Source: Spirochaetaceae bacterium
GTDB taxonomy: Bacteria > Spirochaetota > Spirochaetia > DSM-2461
Length of the DNA: 64,000 bases
Direction: 5' to 3'
Assembly: GCA_965224705.1 (NCBI GenBank)
Contig: OZ245056.1
Coordinates: 529,736 to 593,735 of the forward strand
How positions within the stretch are numbered: position 1 is the first letter of the stretch; each line of letters opens with the position of its first letter. The translations under genes and the position numbers were made by a program. The notes beneath the pieces are model-generated. The model did no database searches and was not told the DNA's origin. It saw only the letters and a list, made by a program, of their open reading frames with translations. Positions 52,682 through 60,788 of the stretch are shown piece after piece.

Positions 52682-54271
52682 CTAAAATAGCTCCGTCTGG
52701 GTTTCATGTAAGGTAAGAAGTTTTTTAATCTTCCCTGGCTGAGCCCAATTCATCGTGCCTTCCATTCTCAAAGACAACAAGTAGTCTTCGACCCATTTCT
52801 CAGACAATTCACTATGGATCGCTGCAGCCTGCTCTTGTGACCGACATGGTATGAAAGCCTGCAAAGATTGGTTAGCCTGCCATTCTCCACTGAAGATAAC
52901 AGGATGGAATCTTTGCTTCCCATATGCCTGCCATACAATCTTTACCGAAAAGAAGTTATAGGGGCCGACACCAAGTAAAGCCCACCAGATTCCTTTGCGG
53001 ATTGATGAATTTATCATTGCCCCTTTTCGATTCGATAGTTTCTTCTTAAACCGAGATAAGTAATCAAATAGATCAGGTACCTGGCAGATTTCATTCTCAC
53101 TCAACGGTTTCCCATTTCTGTTGTATGGGAGCAAGACCCATTTTACTGGCTTGAAATCACCATCCTTGAAGTTCTCCTTGGTGATTAGAGGGTATACATA
53201 CTTCTCCGGCAATTTATATTCATCGTTTACGATACAAGTTGACTCATCAACCTTTGTGTACGATGAGAAAAAGAAGACGTCATTCGCACCGCACGTATTA
53301 ATACCCTGTCTAGGAGAAGACTCTTTAGCAGCACTGATCTTACGGATCTGATTTTGAAACCCTTTGGAATCAGATAGTATACTAAGAGGCGATTTGGGCC
53401 CAAGGAGAGGTTTCGAGAAGTAATCCTTCCAATTCTCGTCCTCAAGCACAGAGTATCTTATTGGAAAAACCGTTTTTTTGTTTCTCCTGAGGCCAAATAA
53501 ACCGTACCGCGTTGATACGTTCTGGAATATCTCAGATTTATTGAAGTCAATTATTTTCTTAATCTGGTAGTCGACTCCGGAAATCGAGTATGTACGAAAT
53601 TCTTCATTTGCTCCATCATTTAGGAATATTGATAAGGGTGTAAAGAATACTGCATCACCACCTTCTTCCAGACAATCCAGAACAGACTTGTTAATTACAA
53701 GTGCTGCAATGTCAATCCTCGCGCCACCAAGCAAGAGACTTTGTGCGTTATTTATCAAACCGTATCTATGATAGTAGTCCTTCAGTTCTTCTTTATAGTT
53801 TTCCGGCAGGTCTACAAAATTTTGCCAGGGAGGATTTCCAAGGATAATGTCATAACGACGATCTTCGTACAGCATGAGATCAGAAAGAGCGAAATTATCG
53901 CTAAGGTCTATTCCATAGCAATTCTTGAATTTCTGAATTGCAGATTGATGGTATTCTTTGTTTTTCTCGCATCCATACAGATTGTAAATGGGGAGATAAT
54001 TTATTTCGTATCCGCGTTCAAATCCTTCAGCAACAAATGATTCAAGAAGAGAGCCTTCTCCCATTGTAGGGTCGAAAACTGTCTTGCCGTTTAGCCAGGG
54101 TTCAAAAAGGTCGAACTCTCTTATTGCAAAGCGACCCCATTCAATAGGTGTAAAAACATCGCCAATTTTAAGAGTGTTATCTAATAAATCGGAAGTTAGT
54201 GCAGTCATTTTTTCTTGAAGATTCTCAGATATTTCCTGGAAGTTCATACATTTCTCCAGAACAGAACCCAA
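52682..54271 (-). CDS. Solitary gamma-class N6-adenine DNA methyltransferase
   Basis: Motif I FDPTMGEGSLL precedes motif IV ILGNPPWQNF. A long C-terminal region is presumably the target-recognition domain. There is no nuclease gene on either side. Confidence 0.8.
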   Translation of the reverse strand: MGSVLEKCMNFQEISENLQEKMTALTSDLLDNTLKIGDVFTPIEWGRFAIREFDLFEPWLNGKTVFDPTMGEGSLLESFVAEGFERGYEINYLPIYNLYGCEKNKEYHQSAIQKFKNCYGIDLSDNFALSDLMLYEDRRYDIILGNPPWQNFVDLPENYKEELKDYYHRYGLINNAQSLLLGGARIDIAALVINKSVLDCLEEGGDAVFFTPLSIFLNDGANEEFRTYSISGVDYQIKKIIDFNKSEIFQNVSTRYGLFGLRRNKKTVFPIRYSVLEDENWKDYFSKPLLGPKSPLSILSDSKGFQNQIRKISAAKESSPRQGINTCGANDVFFFSSYTKVDESTCIVNDEYKLPEKYVYPLITKENFKDGDFKPVKWVLLPYNRNGKPLSENEICQVPDLFDYLSRFKKKLSNRKGAMINSSIRKGIWWALLGVGPYNFFSVKIVWQAYGKQRFHPVIFSGEWQANQSLQAFIPCRSQEQAAAIHSELSEKWVEDYLLSLRMEGTMNWAQPGKIKKLLTLHETQTELF

Positions 54272-54727
54272 ATTATCTCATAGTTGACGTTTTATTGGCA
54301 GTCTTGCATTTAGCGATCAGCCGTTATGTGAAGTTTCATGTCCGGCGCAGCCGGTTGGCATGCGCTCTTGCTCTTCTTCAGCAACAACTCGTTCGCATTT
54401 GATAGTATCACAATCTGAACCAGGACGTATCTGCAAGAGCCATAGCAAAGAGAAATTTGAACGTCCCCCGGAGGCAATAAGCATTGCTTAACGCCGCAGC
54501 GCATCAACAACTGTTAAACAAAGAAGACCGTCGATAGAAAATATGGCTCTTCAGACTATTGTAAGAATCAAAAAATACCTGTGAATATCGCAATAAAGAA
54601 CGGTTCAAAACTGCTATTCTCCTCCATTTTGGGGAGGATGCCCTGTCCCACATGATACCCGGAAGAGTCAGAATGTCTTGACAAAAGGGCCCACTTCAGC
54701 GATCAGTTAAAAACAAGGAGGTACAAC

Positions 54728-55537
54728 ATGAAAAAAAGAAAATTCTCAGTATTGACGATGTCTGGCCTATTCGTATTTACCGGCATCGTTTTAACAAGCA
54801 TGGGCAAGCCGGAAGTTACGATAAAGTATGAAAATATAACCAAAAAGACACTGGATCTTTCGGATTTCGACACTGTGCTGGCGAATTCCTTATGGAATAT
54901 CGACATACAGCACTCTGAAGACTACAGTGTGGAACTTCAATATTCCTCGCATTTTGAGGAATACCTTGATATTCGTGTCACGCAGGGAAAGCTTATTTTT
55001 GAATTGAAGCCGCATAAAATTCGGAAATTGTTCAGCAATGATAAGCTCAAGGCCTATGTGACAATGCCAGGCCTTGGCTCCGCAGCATTGAATGGTTCGG
55101 GAAATATCGATATGGAAGGTTTCGATGAGAACAGGATGGAAATTCTTCTTAGCGGTTCTGGCAGCATATCGGCTGCTGACTGCCGGGTTCGGCAGCTAAA
55201 CATGGATTTGAATGGCTCCGGGGATCTCCGCCTGGAGGAATTTACAGCAGACAATATGGAAGTTCGTGTCGATGGGTCCGGCAGTGTAAGGGCTTCCAAT
55301 AGCCGGGTTCAGCAGATAGATGTGGGCATGAATGGCAGCGGAACGGTCAATTTTAAGGATCTTCTGGCGGTCAATGCGCGTGTTGATCTTGTCGGTTCCG
55401 GCGATATTTCATTAACAATGGACGGGGGCCGCCTGGAAGGAACGTTGAACGGAAGCGGAGAAATAGAATGGTACGGCACCGTGAGTGAGGAAAGTATTGA
55501 AAAAAGTGGTTCGGGCAGGGTCAAACGGGGAAATTGA
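54728..55537 (+). CDS. DUF2807 / head-GIN-domain protein
   Basis: Signal/anchor sequence followed by reiterated (L/V)xGSG(D/S/N)(I/L/V) beta-helix strands (NGSGNIDMEG, LSGSGSISAA, LNGSGDLRLE, VDGSGSVRAS...). Confidence 0.75.
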   Translation: MKKRKFSVLTMSGLFVFTGIVLTSMGKPEVTIKYENITKKTLDLSDFDTVLANSLWNIDIQHSEDYSVELQYSSHFEEYLDIRVTQGKLIFELKPHKIRKLFSNDKLKAYVTMPGLGSAALNGSGNIDMEGFDENRMEILLSGSGSISAADCRVRQLNMDLNGSGDLRLEEFTADNMEVRVDGSGSVRASNSRVQQIDVGMNGSGTVNFKDLLAVNARVDLVGSGDISLTMDGGRLEGTLNGSGEIEWYGTVSEESIEKSGSGRVKRGN

Positions 55538-55810
55538 TATGTTCCAGACTGACGTGTGTCCGCGTAGATACTGTATCTTTGCAGCTTAGCGGACACCTGT
55601 CCCCTAACCCAACGGTCAAACTACAAAATCAATAGTGAAAAAAAGACTCATGACTGTCTCAGAGGAAACTTAGAATACTGAATTTGGGTTAAGAATTGCT
55701 GTCTTTTCATCATTTTATGGTTTTTCACAGGCTGTGAGGGGATAGTGTTTTCTGTGTGAATGGTAGAGGGGAAACCTCCGAGAAGTGGACAGTTAACTCG
55801 ACAATTTACC

Positions 55811-56290
55811 CTACTTATGATAGGTTTCTCCAAACCTTATTTTTTCAGCTCTGTATAGCTGTTCCAGTAGAATAACCCTGAAGAGCTGATGGGGAAATGT
55901 TACGGATCCAAAAGAAACAATCTGATGGCACCGGTTATAAACCTCCGGGGAGAGTCCATTGGAACCACCAATGAAAAAGGTTATGTGATGTTGACCTTGA
56001 TTGGCTTTTCTATCCATGAAAGCAGCTAATTCTTCAGATTTCATGCATTCTCCATGTGGTGAAAGGGCAATACCCTGAGTTCTTTCAGGCCAATTCGCCA
56101 GAAGGCGATGTCCCTCCTTTACAAGAGCCTGATTGAGTTCCCCTGGAGAGTAGTTCGACGGAATTCTCTCCATGGATATCTCAATGATATCAACACGTCC
56201 AAAGCGTTGAAGTCGCTTTCTGTATTCATTGACACCTTCGATGAGCCATTTATCTTTGATCTTTCCAACGGCGAGAACGCTGATACGCAT
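55811..56290 (-). CDS. rlmH: 23S rRNA (pseudouridine1915-N3)-methyltransferase RlmH
   Basis: MRISVLAVGKIKDKWLIEGVNEYRKRL, FFIGGSNG and the C-terminal SFGSVTFPHQLFRVILLEQLYRA. Confidence 0.9.
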   Translation of the reverse strand: MRISVLAVGKIKDKWLIEGVNEYRKRLQRFGRVDIIEISMERIPSNYSPGELNQALVKEGHRLLANWPERTQGIALSPHGECMKSEELAAFMDRKANQGQHHITFFIGGSNGLSPEVYNRCHQIVSFGSVTFPHQLFRVILLEQLYRAEKIRFGETYHK

Positions 56291-56689
56291 GCAGCGATTC
56301 TATATTCAGGACATTATTTTGTCAGGCACACAGGATCTTTTTTGTAAACCAATACAGTGTCAGGAAGCCTGTTGAATGAAACAAGTGCTTTCATCAAAAG
56401 AATTAATACATTGTGGAACAGAATTTACAAAACATCCTGCCGGAGAGTCTTTTCATCATTCCAGATGAGTAATTCGCTGAATCACAGCTATCAATGAGTA
56501 TTGAACGACTATATTGGGCAAGGATCCTCATCTAACCGAATTCAAATGAAACCAGGCTATAACAAGCTTTCCGACACTATACAAATTGAATGAAAATCTC
56601 CCGGGTGAAAGATCAAATCAGGTAAAATTATGCCATTGCAATGTTGGATTCAGCTTGCATTCACAGCCTTCGAAGGTCATACTGAGAGG

Positions 56690-58009
56690 ATGAATAATCA
56701 CAGAAACGCTGTCGAAAAATTCCTCCAGGAAGTCCATATGCATCCTGATACGGTGAATATGGAGAATACTGTTGACCATATGCTGGAAGAGATGGCTCTT
56801 GGTCTCAATGGGAAACCATCTTCTCTGAAAATGCTCCCCACATACATTGAAACTGATACCGATATTCCCCTGGAAAAACCAACAGTAGTTCTGGATGCTG
56901 GTGGAACGAATCTGCGCGTAGCACTTGTAACATTCAAAGAAGGGAAAAAACCAGTTATCGATGATTATTCAAAGCATCCCATGCCTGGTTCCAGGGATTC
57001 CACAGTAGGTAGGGAGGAATTCTTTGATACTCTTGCAGCATTGGTAGAACCACTCATCTCAGGAGATTCAAGTATAGGATTCTGTTTTTCCTATTCTACA
57101 GAAATATTTCCAGACAGGGATGGCCGATTGCTTCATTGGTCAAAAGAAATCAAAGCTCCTGATGTTGTTGGCCGTATGATTGGCTCAGATCTCAAAGATG
57201 CCCTCCGCAACAGAGGAATACAGGATGTACCAGACATTGTTATTCTTAATGATACCGTAGCGACTCTACTCACCGGTAAACTCTCCAATCCAACCCGTCC
57301 CTGGGGAGGATATGCAGGATTCATCCTTGGAACAGGTACCAATACCTGCTATGTGGAATCAAACTCAGCCATAAGGAAAGTCCCTGGTCTTAATCCTTCC
57401 GGGAAACAGATTATCAACTGTGAAACTGGAAATTACGCATACCCAAACAGGGGTGAGGCCGATTTAATGCTGGGTAGAACAACATCTGATACCAATGCAT
57501 ATCTACTTGAAAAAATGCTATCAGGCGGCTACTTTGGAGCTCTTGCTACTCAAAGTGCAAAACTTGCTGGCAGTAAAGGGCTGTTTTCCACCAGGGCTGT
57601 TCATTCACTGACCGAAATCGGCATGTTTTCAACAAAGGACGCTGATAATTACTGCCATAATCCTGCTGATACCAGGGACAATGCCATTGCCAGAATAATG
57701 AAAACTCATGCCAATGAATCCGACCGACAACGGTTGTGGTTTCTTTTCGATGCTTTGCTGGAGCGTGCTGCAAAACTGTCAGCAGCAAATATAGCAGCGT
57801 CCATCCTGAAAGGCCCCAGCGGAAGTGGTCCGCTGGAAGCAAGTTGTCTCACCATTGATGGAACAACGTATTACTGGTATTACAGGTTTCAGCAGCGGGT
57901 GGAAAGTCATCTCCGGCCATGCCTCTCCAATAAGAACAAGTATTATGAAACAGTACGAGTTAATGATGCTCCCCTGATTGGAGCTGCAGTAGCAGCCCTG
58001 ACAAACTAA
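56690..58009 (+). CDS. Hexokinase-family sugar kinase
   Basis: VVLDAGGTNLRVALV phosphate-1 motif, ILNDTVATLL and FILGTGTN. The start at 56690 has a GAGAGGA RBS; the tracked start at 56630 lacks one. Confidence 0.8.
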   Translation: MNNHRNAVEKFLQEVHMHPDTVNMENTVDHMLEEMALGLNGKPSSLKMLPTYIETDTDIPLEKPTVVLDAGGTNLRVALVTFKEGKKPVIDDYSKHPMPGSRDSTVGREEFFDTLAALVEPLISGDSSIGFCFSYSTEIFPDRDGRLLHWSKEIKAPDVVGRMIGSDLKDALRNRGIQDVPDIVILNDTVATLLTGKLSNPTRPWGGYAGFILGTGTNTCYVESNSAIRKVPGLNPSGKQIINCETGNYAYPNRGEADLMLGRTTSDTNAYLLEKMLSGGYFGALATQSAKLAGSKGLFSTRAVHSLTEIGMFSTKDADNYCHNPADTRDNAIARIMKTHANESDRQRLWFLFDALLERAAKLSAANIAASILKGPSGSGPLEASCLTIDGTTYYWYYRFQQRVESHLRPCLSNKNKYYETVRVNDAPLIGAAVAALTN

Positions 58010-58019
58010 AACTCATTTC

Positions 58020-58092
58020 TCGGAATGAGAGGACTCGAACCTCCGATCTCCTGCTCCCAAAGCAGGTGCCCTGGCCGCTGGGCTACATTCCG
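58020..58092 (-). tRNA. tRNA-Pro (anticodon UGG)
   Basis: The manual fold of the reverse complement is CGGAATG-TA-GCCC..GGGC-A-CCTGC-TTTGGGA-GCAGG-AGATC-GGAGG-TTCGAGT-CCTCT-CATTCCG-A. Anticodon loop positions 34-36 read TGG. CCA is not encoded. Confidence 0.9.
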
Positions 58093-58285
58093 TAAAACCT
58101 ATCCTATACTCAACGGCATCCTGGGTCAACTATTCGAATTGCTTCATAATTGAAATCTGCTTGAATGAGCGATCCATTCACATTGACGACCGATCTTTCG
58201 TATAAAATCTGAAAATTCATCATATCCAGAATTCCAACCTACCTCGGGAGGTCTTACAGGCTTTCTGACACCGGGAATTGATTTC

Positions 58286-58891
58286 ATGATGAGCGGGCTC
58301 CAACCGATATTGTACTCAGGAGGAGTCATGCCCACACTTGAACACGCTGAACACCTGATGAGGGAAGGAGCCTTTCAATCGGCCAAAGCAATCCTTTCAG
58401 AAATAATTTCCGAATATCCTGATGACTTGCGGGCAATATGCGATATAGGGATTGCATATACTGAAACTGGGGAAAACCACAAAGCTATCAGAGCATTAGA
58501 GTTTTATATAAAGAATGATGAAACGAATACCTATGCCTGGGAAGCCCTGGGCTGTGCTCAGCTGAGGACCGGGAATCTGGATCAGGCTCGAAAAAGTCTG
58601 ATGAAGGCAATTGAAGTGAAGCCTGAAAATTTTTCGGCTTTCCGTAATCTGGGAATACTGAAGAGTATGGAGGGATCTCATGAAGAAGGACTTACCTTTC
58701 TTCAGAAATCCATGCGTATCAATCCAGGTGATTATAGAACACTTTTTGCATTGAACTACAGCTTCAAAGACTCAGGGAAAAATGAGGAACGAAACAAAAT
58801 TCTTGATCGCCTTGCAGAAATGGATCTGCCTGAAAATCTGCGGCAGGAAATTGCACTTATTCGGATCAGAATCTCTTTGGAGTGGGAGTAA
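58286..58891 (+). CDS. TPR-repeat protein
   Basis: Several 34-aa TPR-like units (AICDIGIAYTETGENHKAIRALEFYIKND, YAWEALGCAQLRTGNLDQARKSLMKAIEV...). The start codon is uncertain. Confidence 0.7.
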   Translation: MMSGLQPILYSGGVMPTLEHAEHLMREGAFQSAKAILSEIISEYPDDLRAICDIGIAYTETGENHKAIRALEFYIKNDETNTYAWEALGCAQLRTGNLDQARKSLMKAIEVKPENFSAFRNLGILKSMEGSHEEGLTFLQKSMRINPGDYRTLFALNYSFKDSGKNEERNKILDRLAEMDLPENLRQEIALIRIRISLEWE

Positions 58892-59305
58892 TAGAACAGA
58901 TTCGGTACCTTAGCGTAGATATCCACAAAGATTTCCCTGTTGGAATTGAGAAAATGGCGGCTTAATCATGAATAAACTGCACGAACTTATGAGGTCATCT
59001 GGAAAACAGTCTCAAGAAACTGACGGAGAGATTTTCACCTGCCTGCTGCAGGTCGATTGATACAGGGTAAGCATGTTGGCCATGCCGCAGCAGGAAAGAC
59101 CAGACCAGGAACTGGAGAGCGGGTGTTCTGCGGCATATTTTGAAAGAGTTCTGATACAGTATTACATTGAGAAATAATCCGGGACTGCCTGCCAATCCCG
59201 AATTATAGAATGATGGTTACTCCTGGAAGTATTCATTTCGGCTCCATCCTGAACTCTTCATTTCAGCAGATTCCGAAAACAAGTTTCCAGAAGAGGTACC
59301 ATGAA

Positions 59306-59491
59306 TTAGAAATCTTTGTCCTGTACAGTTTTCCGTTTTGCACTTTTTGCATTGTCAATCGCTTTGTCGCACATTTCACGAACCGCATTGGAGAGTGCTT
59401 CTATAACGGTTGCAGAGCACTTCATATCAGCTGTCGTCTTGATATAAGCTTTTACCTTGGAAGCAACAACCAGATTTTCGTTTTCAGCCAT
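59306..59491 (-). CDS. Bacterial histone-fold protein (DUF1931 / Bd0055-like singlet histone)
   Basis: The 61-aa MAENENLVVASKVKAYIKTTADMKCSATVIEALSNAVREMCDKAIDNAKSAKRKTVQDKDF aligns along its length with the Bdellovibrio Bd0055 sequence as I recall it (MAEVLVVTSKVKKLIKEKGQMNTSAETIDVLSKAIEQLC..AKADGRKTV). Confidence 0.65.
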   Translation of the reverse strand: MAENENLVVASKVKAYIKTTADMKCSATVIEALSNAVREMCDKAIDNAKSAKRKTVQDKDF

Positions 59492-59597
59492 AATGACTCC
59501 TTCTATTGTGTATATTGATTATAGTATACTTGCTGCAGTTGATTGTGTCCTCCTCATTGCACTGGAATTGGACTAACTTTACTGAAATTCAGGATGA

Positions 59598-60788
59598 TTG
59601 ATGAAAATACATGTACGAATAATGCTTTCAGCTGTTCTGCTTGGATCCTCCATCGCCTCAGGATGGGCAGGAAATATAAGTGCAAGAATGATCATTGCCG
59701 GGCCTGGCGATCCTCTATACACCTATTGGGGACACATAGGTTTAGCATTGAAGAACAACGATACAGGTGAAGATTTATTCTATGACTTTGGAAATTTTTC
59801 TTTTTATTCGGAAAATTTCTACGAAGACTTCATAAAAGGATACATGCCGTACCTGGCCGTTGTTTCACCAACGGACAGATTCATTGCCCAATCCATGTTG
59901 AAGAACATGGATTTAACAATGTATAACCTCAATCTGGGTCATGAAGAACTGGAAATGCTTGACAAAAAACTTCGGTGGTGGGTATTACCGGAAAACCGGG
60001 TATATCTCTATAATTATTTCACAAATAACTGTTCGACAATCATACGGGATATACTGAACGAAGTTCTTGACAATCAACTAAAAGATCAAACGATCTCTCT
60101 TAAAGACAAAAGTTTCCGATATTATGCACGAACTCTGTCCTATCAATCATTACCAGCAGAGATTATGTTTCATTATCTTCTTGGTCCTTATACCGACAAA
60201 ACTATCAATGGATGGGAATTGATGTTCCTGCCCTTTGCAGTCGCAGACTATGCAACCAGGTTGGAATACACAGGCCAGGATGGAGTAATCCGAACATTGT
60301 CCGATGAAAAAACAATTCTCAAAAAAGCAATCCGTCCGCCAGTACCTGATAAACCCACGAAACTATGGCCGTTGTTATTATGCGTAAGCTTGTTCATGTC
60401 AATCGTCTGGTTCCAGGCCTCAAACTTGAAATGGGGGGGGCTCATTCAACTGCCCATCGTGTTAATCGTTGGCTTGCCAGGAGCAGCGATCGGTTTTTTC
60501 ATGTTCTTCACCAATCATAATGCCGGCTATGGAAACATCAATTTCTGGTCAACCTTACCCACAGTCCTCTTATGCGTGATACCCCTCTTTGCCTCAAGGT
60601 GGAAATACCAGGAATCTGTTATAGCCTGGATCTGGACAATCAATGCAATTGGACTGATTTCATCCGTTTATTTGCGGTTAAGCGGTGAAGTTTATCAGGA
60701 TGTCAGTGCGTTCTGGGCACTGTATGGTCCCATCACTCTGGCCGCATCGTATCCCGGCCTTCTTCTTAAGAGGCGCTTAGGATGGTAA
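59598..60788 (+). CDS. DUF4105 (Lnb N-terminal periplasmic domain) membrane protein
   Basis: Signal peptide, an N-terminal soluble domain with GHIGLAL...YDFGNFSF and NNCST, then C-terminal transmembrane helices. Assignment is by recollection of the family pattern. Confidence 0.6.
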   Translation: MMKIHVRIMLSAVLLGSSIASGWAGNISARMIIAGPGDPLYTYWGHIGLALKNNDTGEDLFYDFGNFSFYSENFYEDFIKGYMPYLAVVSPTDRFIAQSMLKNMDLTMYNLNLGHEELEMLDKKLRWWVLPENRVYLYNYFTNNCSTIIRDILNEVLDNQLKDQTISLKDKSFRYYARTLSYQSLPAEIMFHYLLGPYTDKTINGWELMFLPFAVADYATRLEYTGQDGVIRTLSDEKTILKKAIRPPVPDKPTKLWPLLLCVSLFMSIVWFQASNLKWGGLIQLPIVLIVGLPGAAIGFFMFFTNHNAGYGNINFWSTLPTVLLCVIPLFASRWKYQESVIAWIWTINAIGLISSVYLRLSGEVYQDVSAFWALYGPITLAASYPGLLLKRRLGW

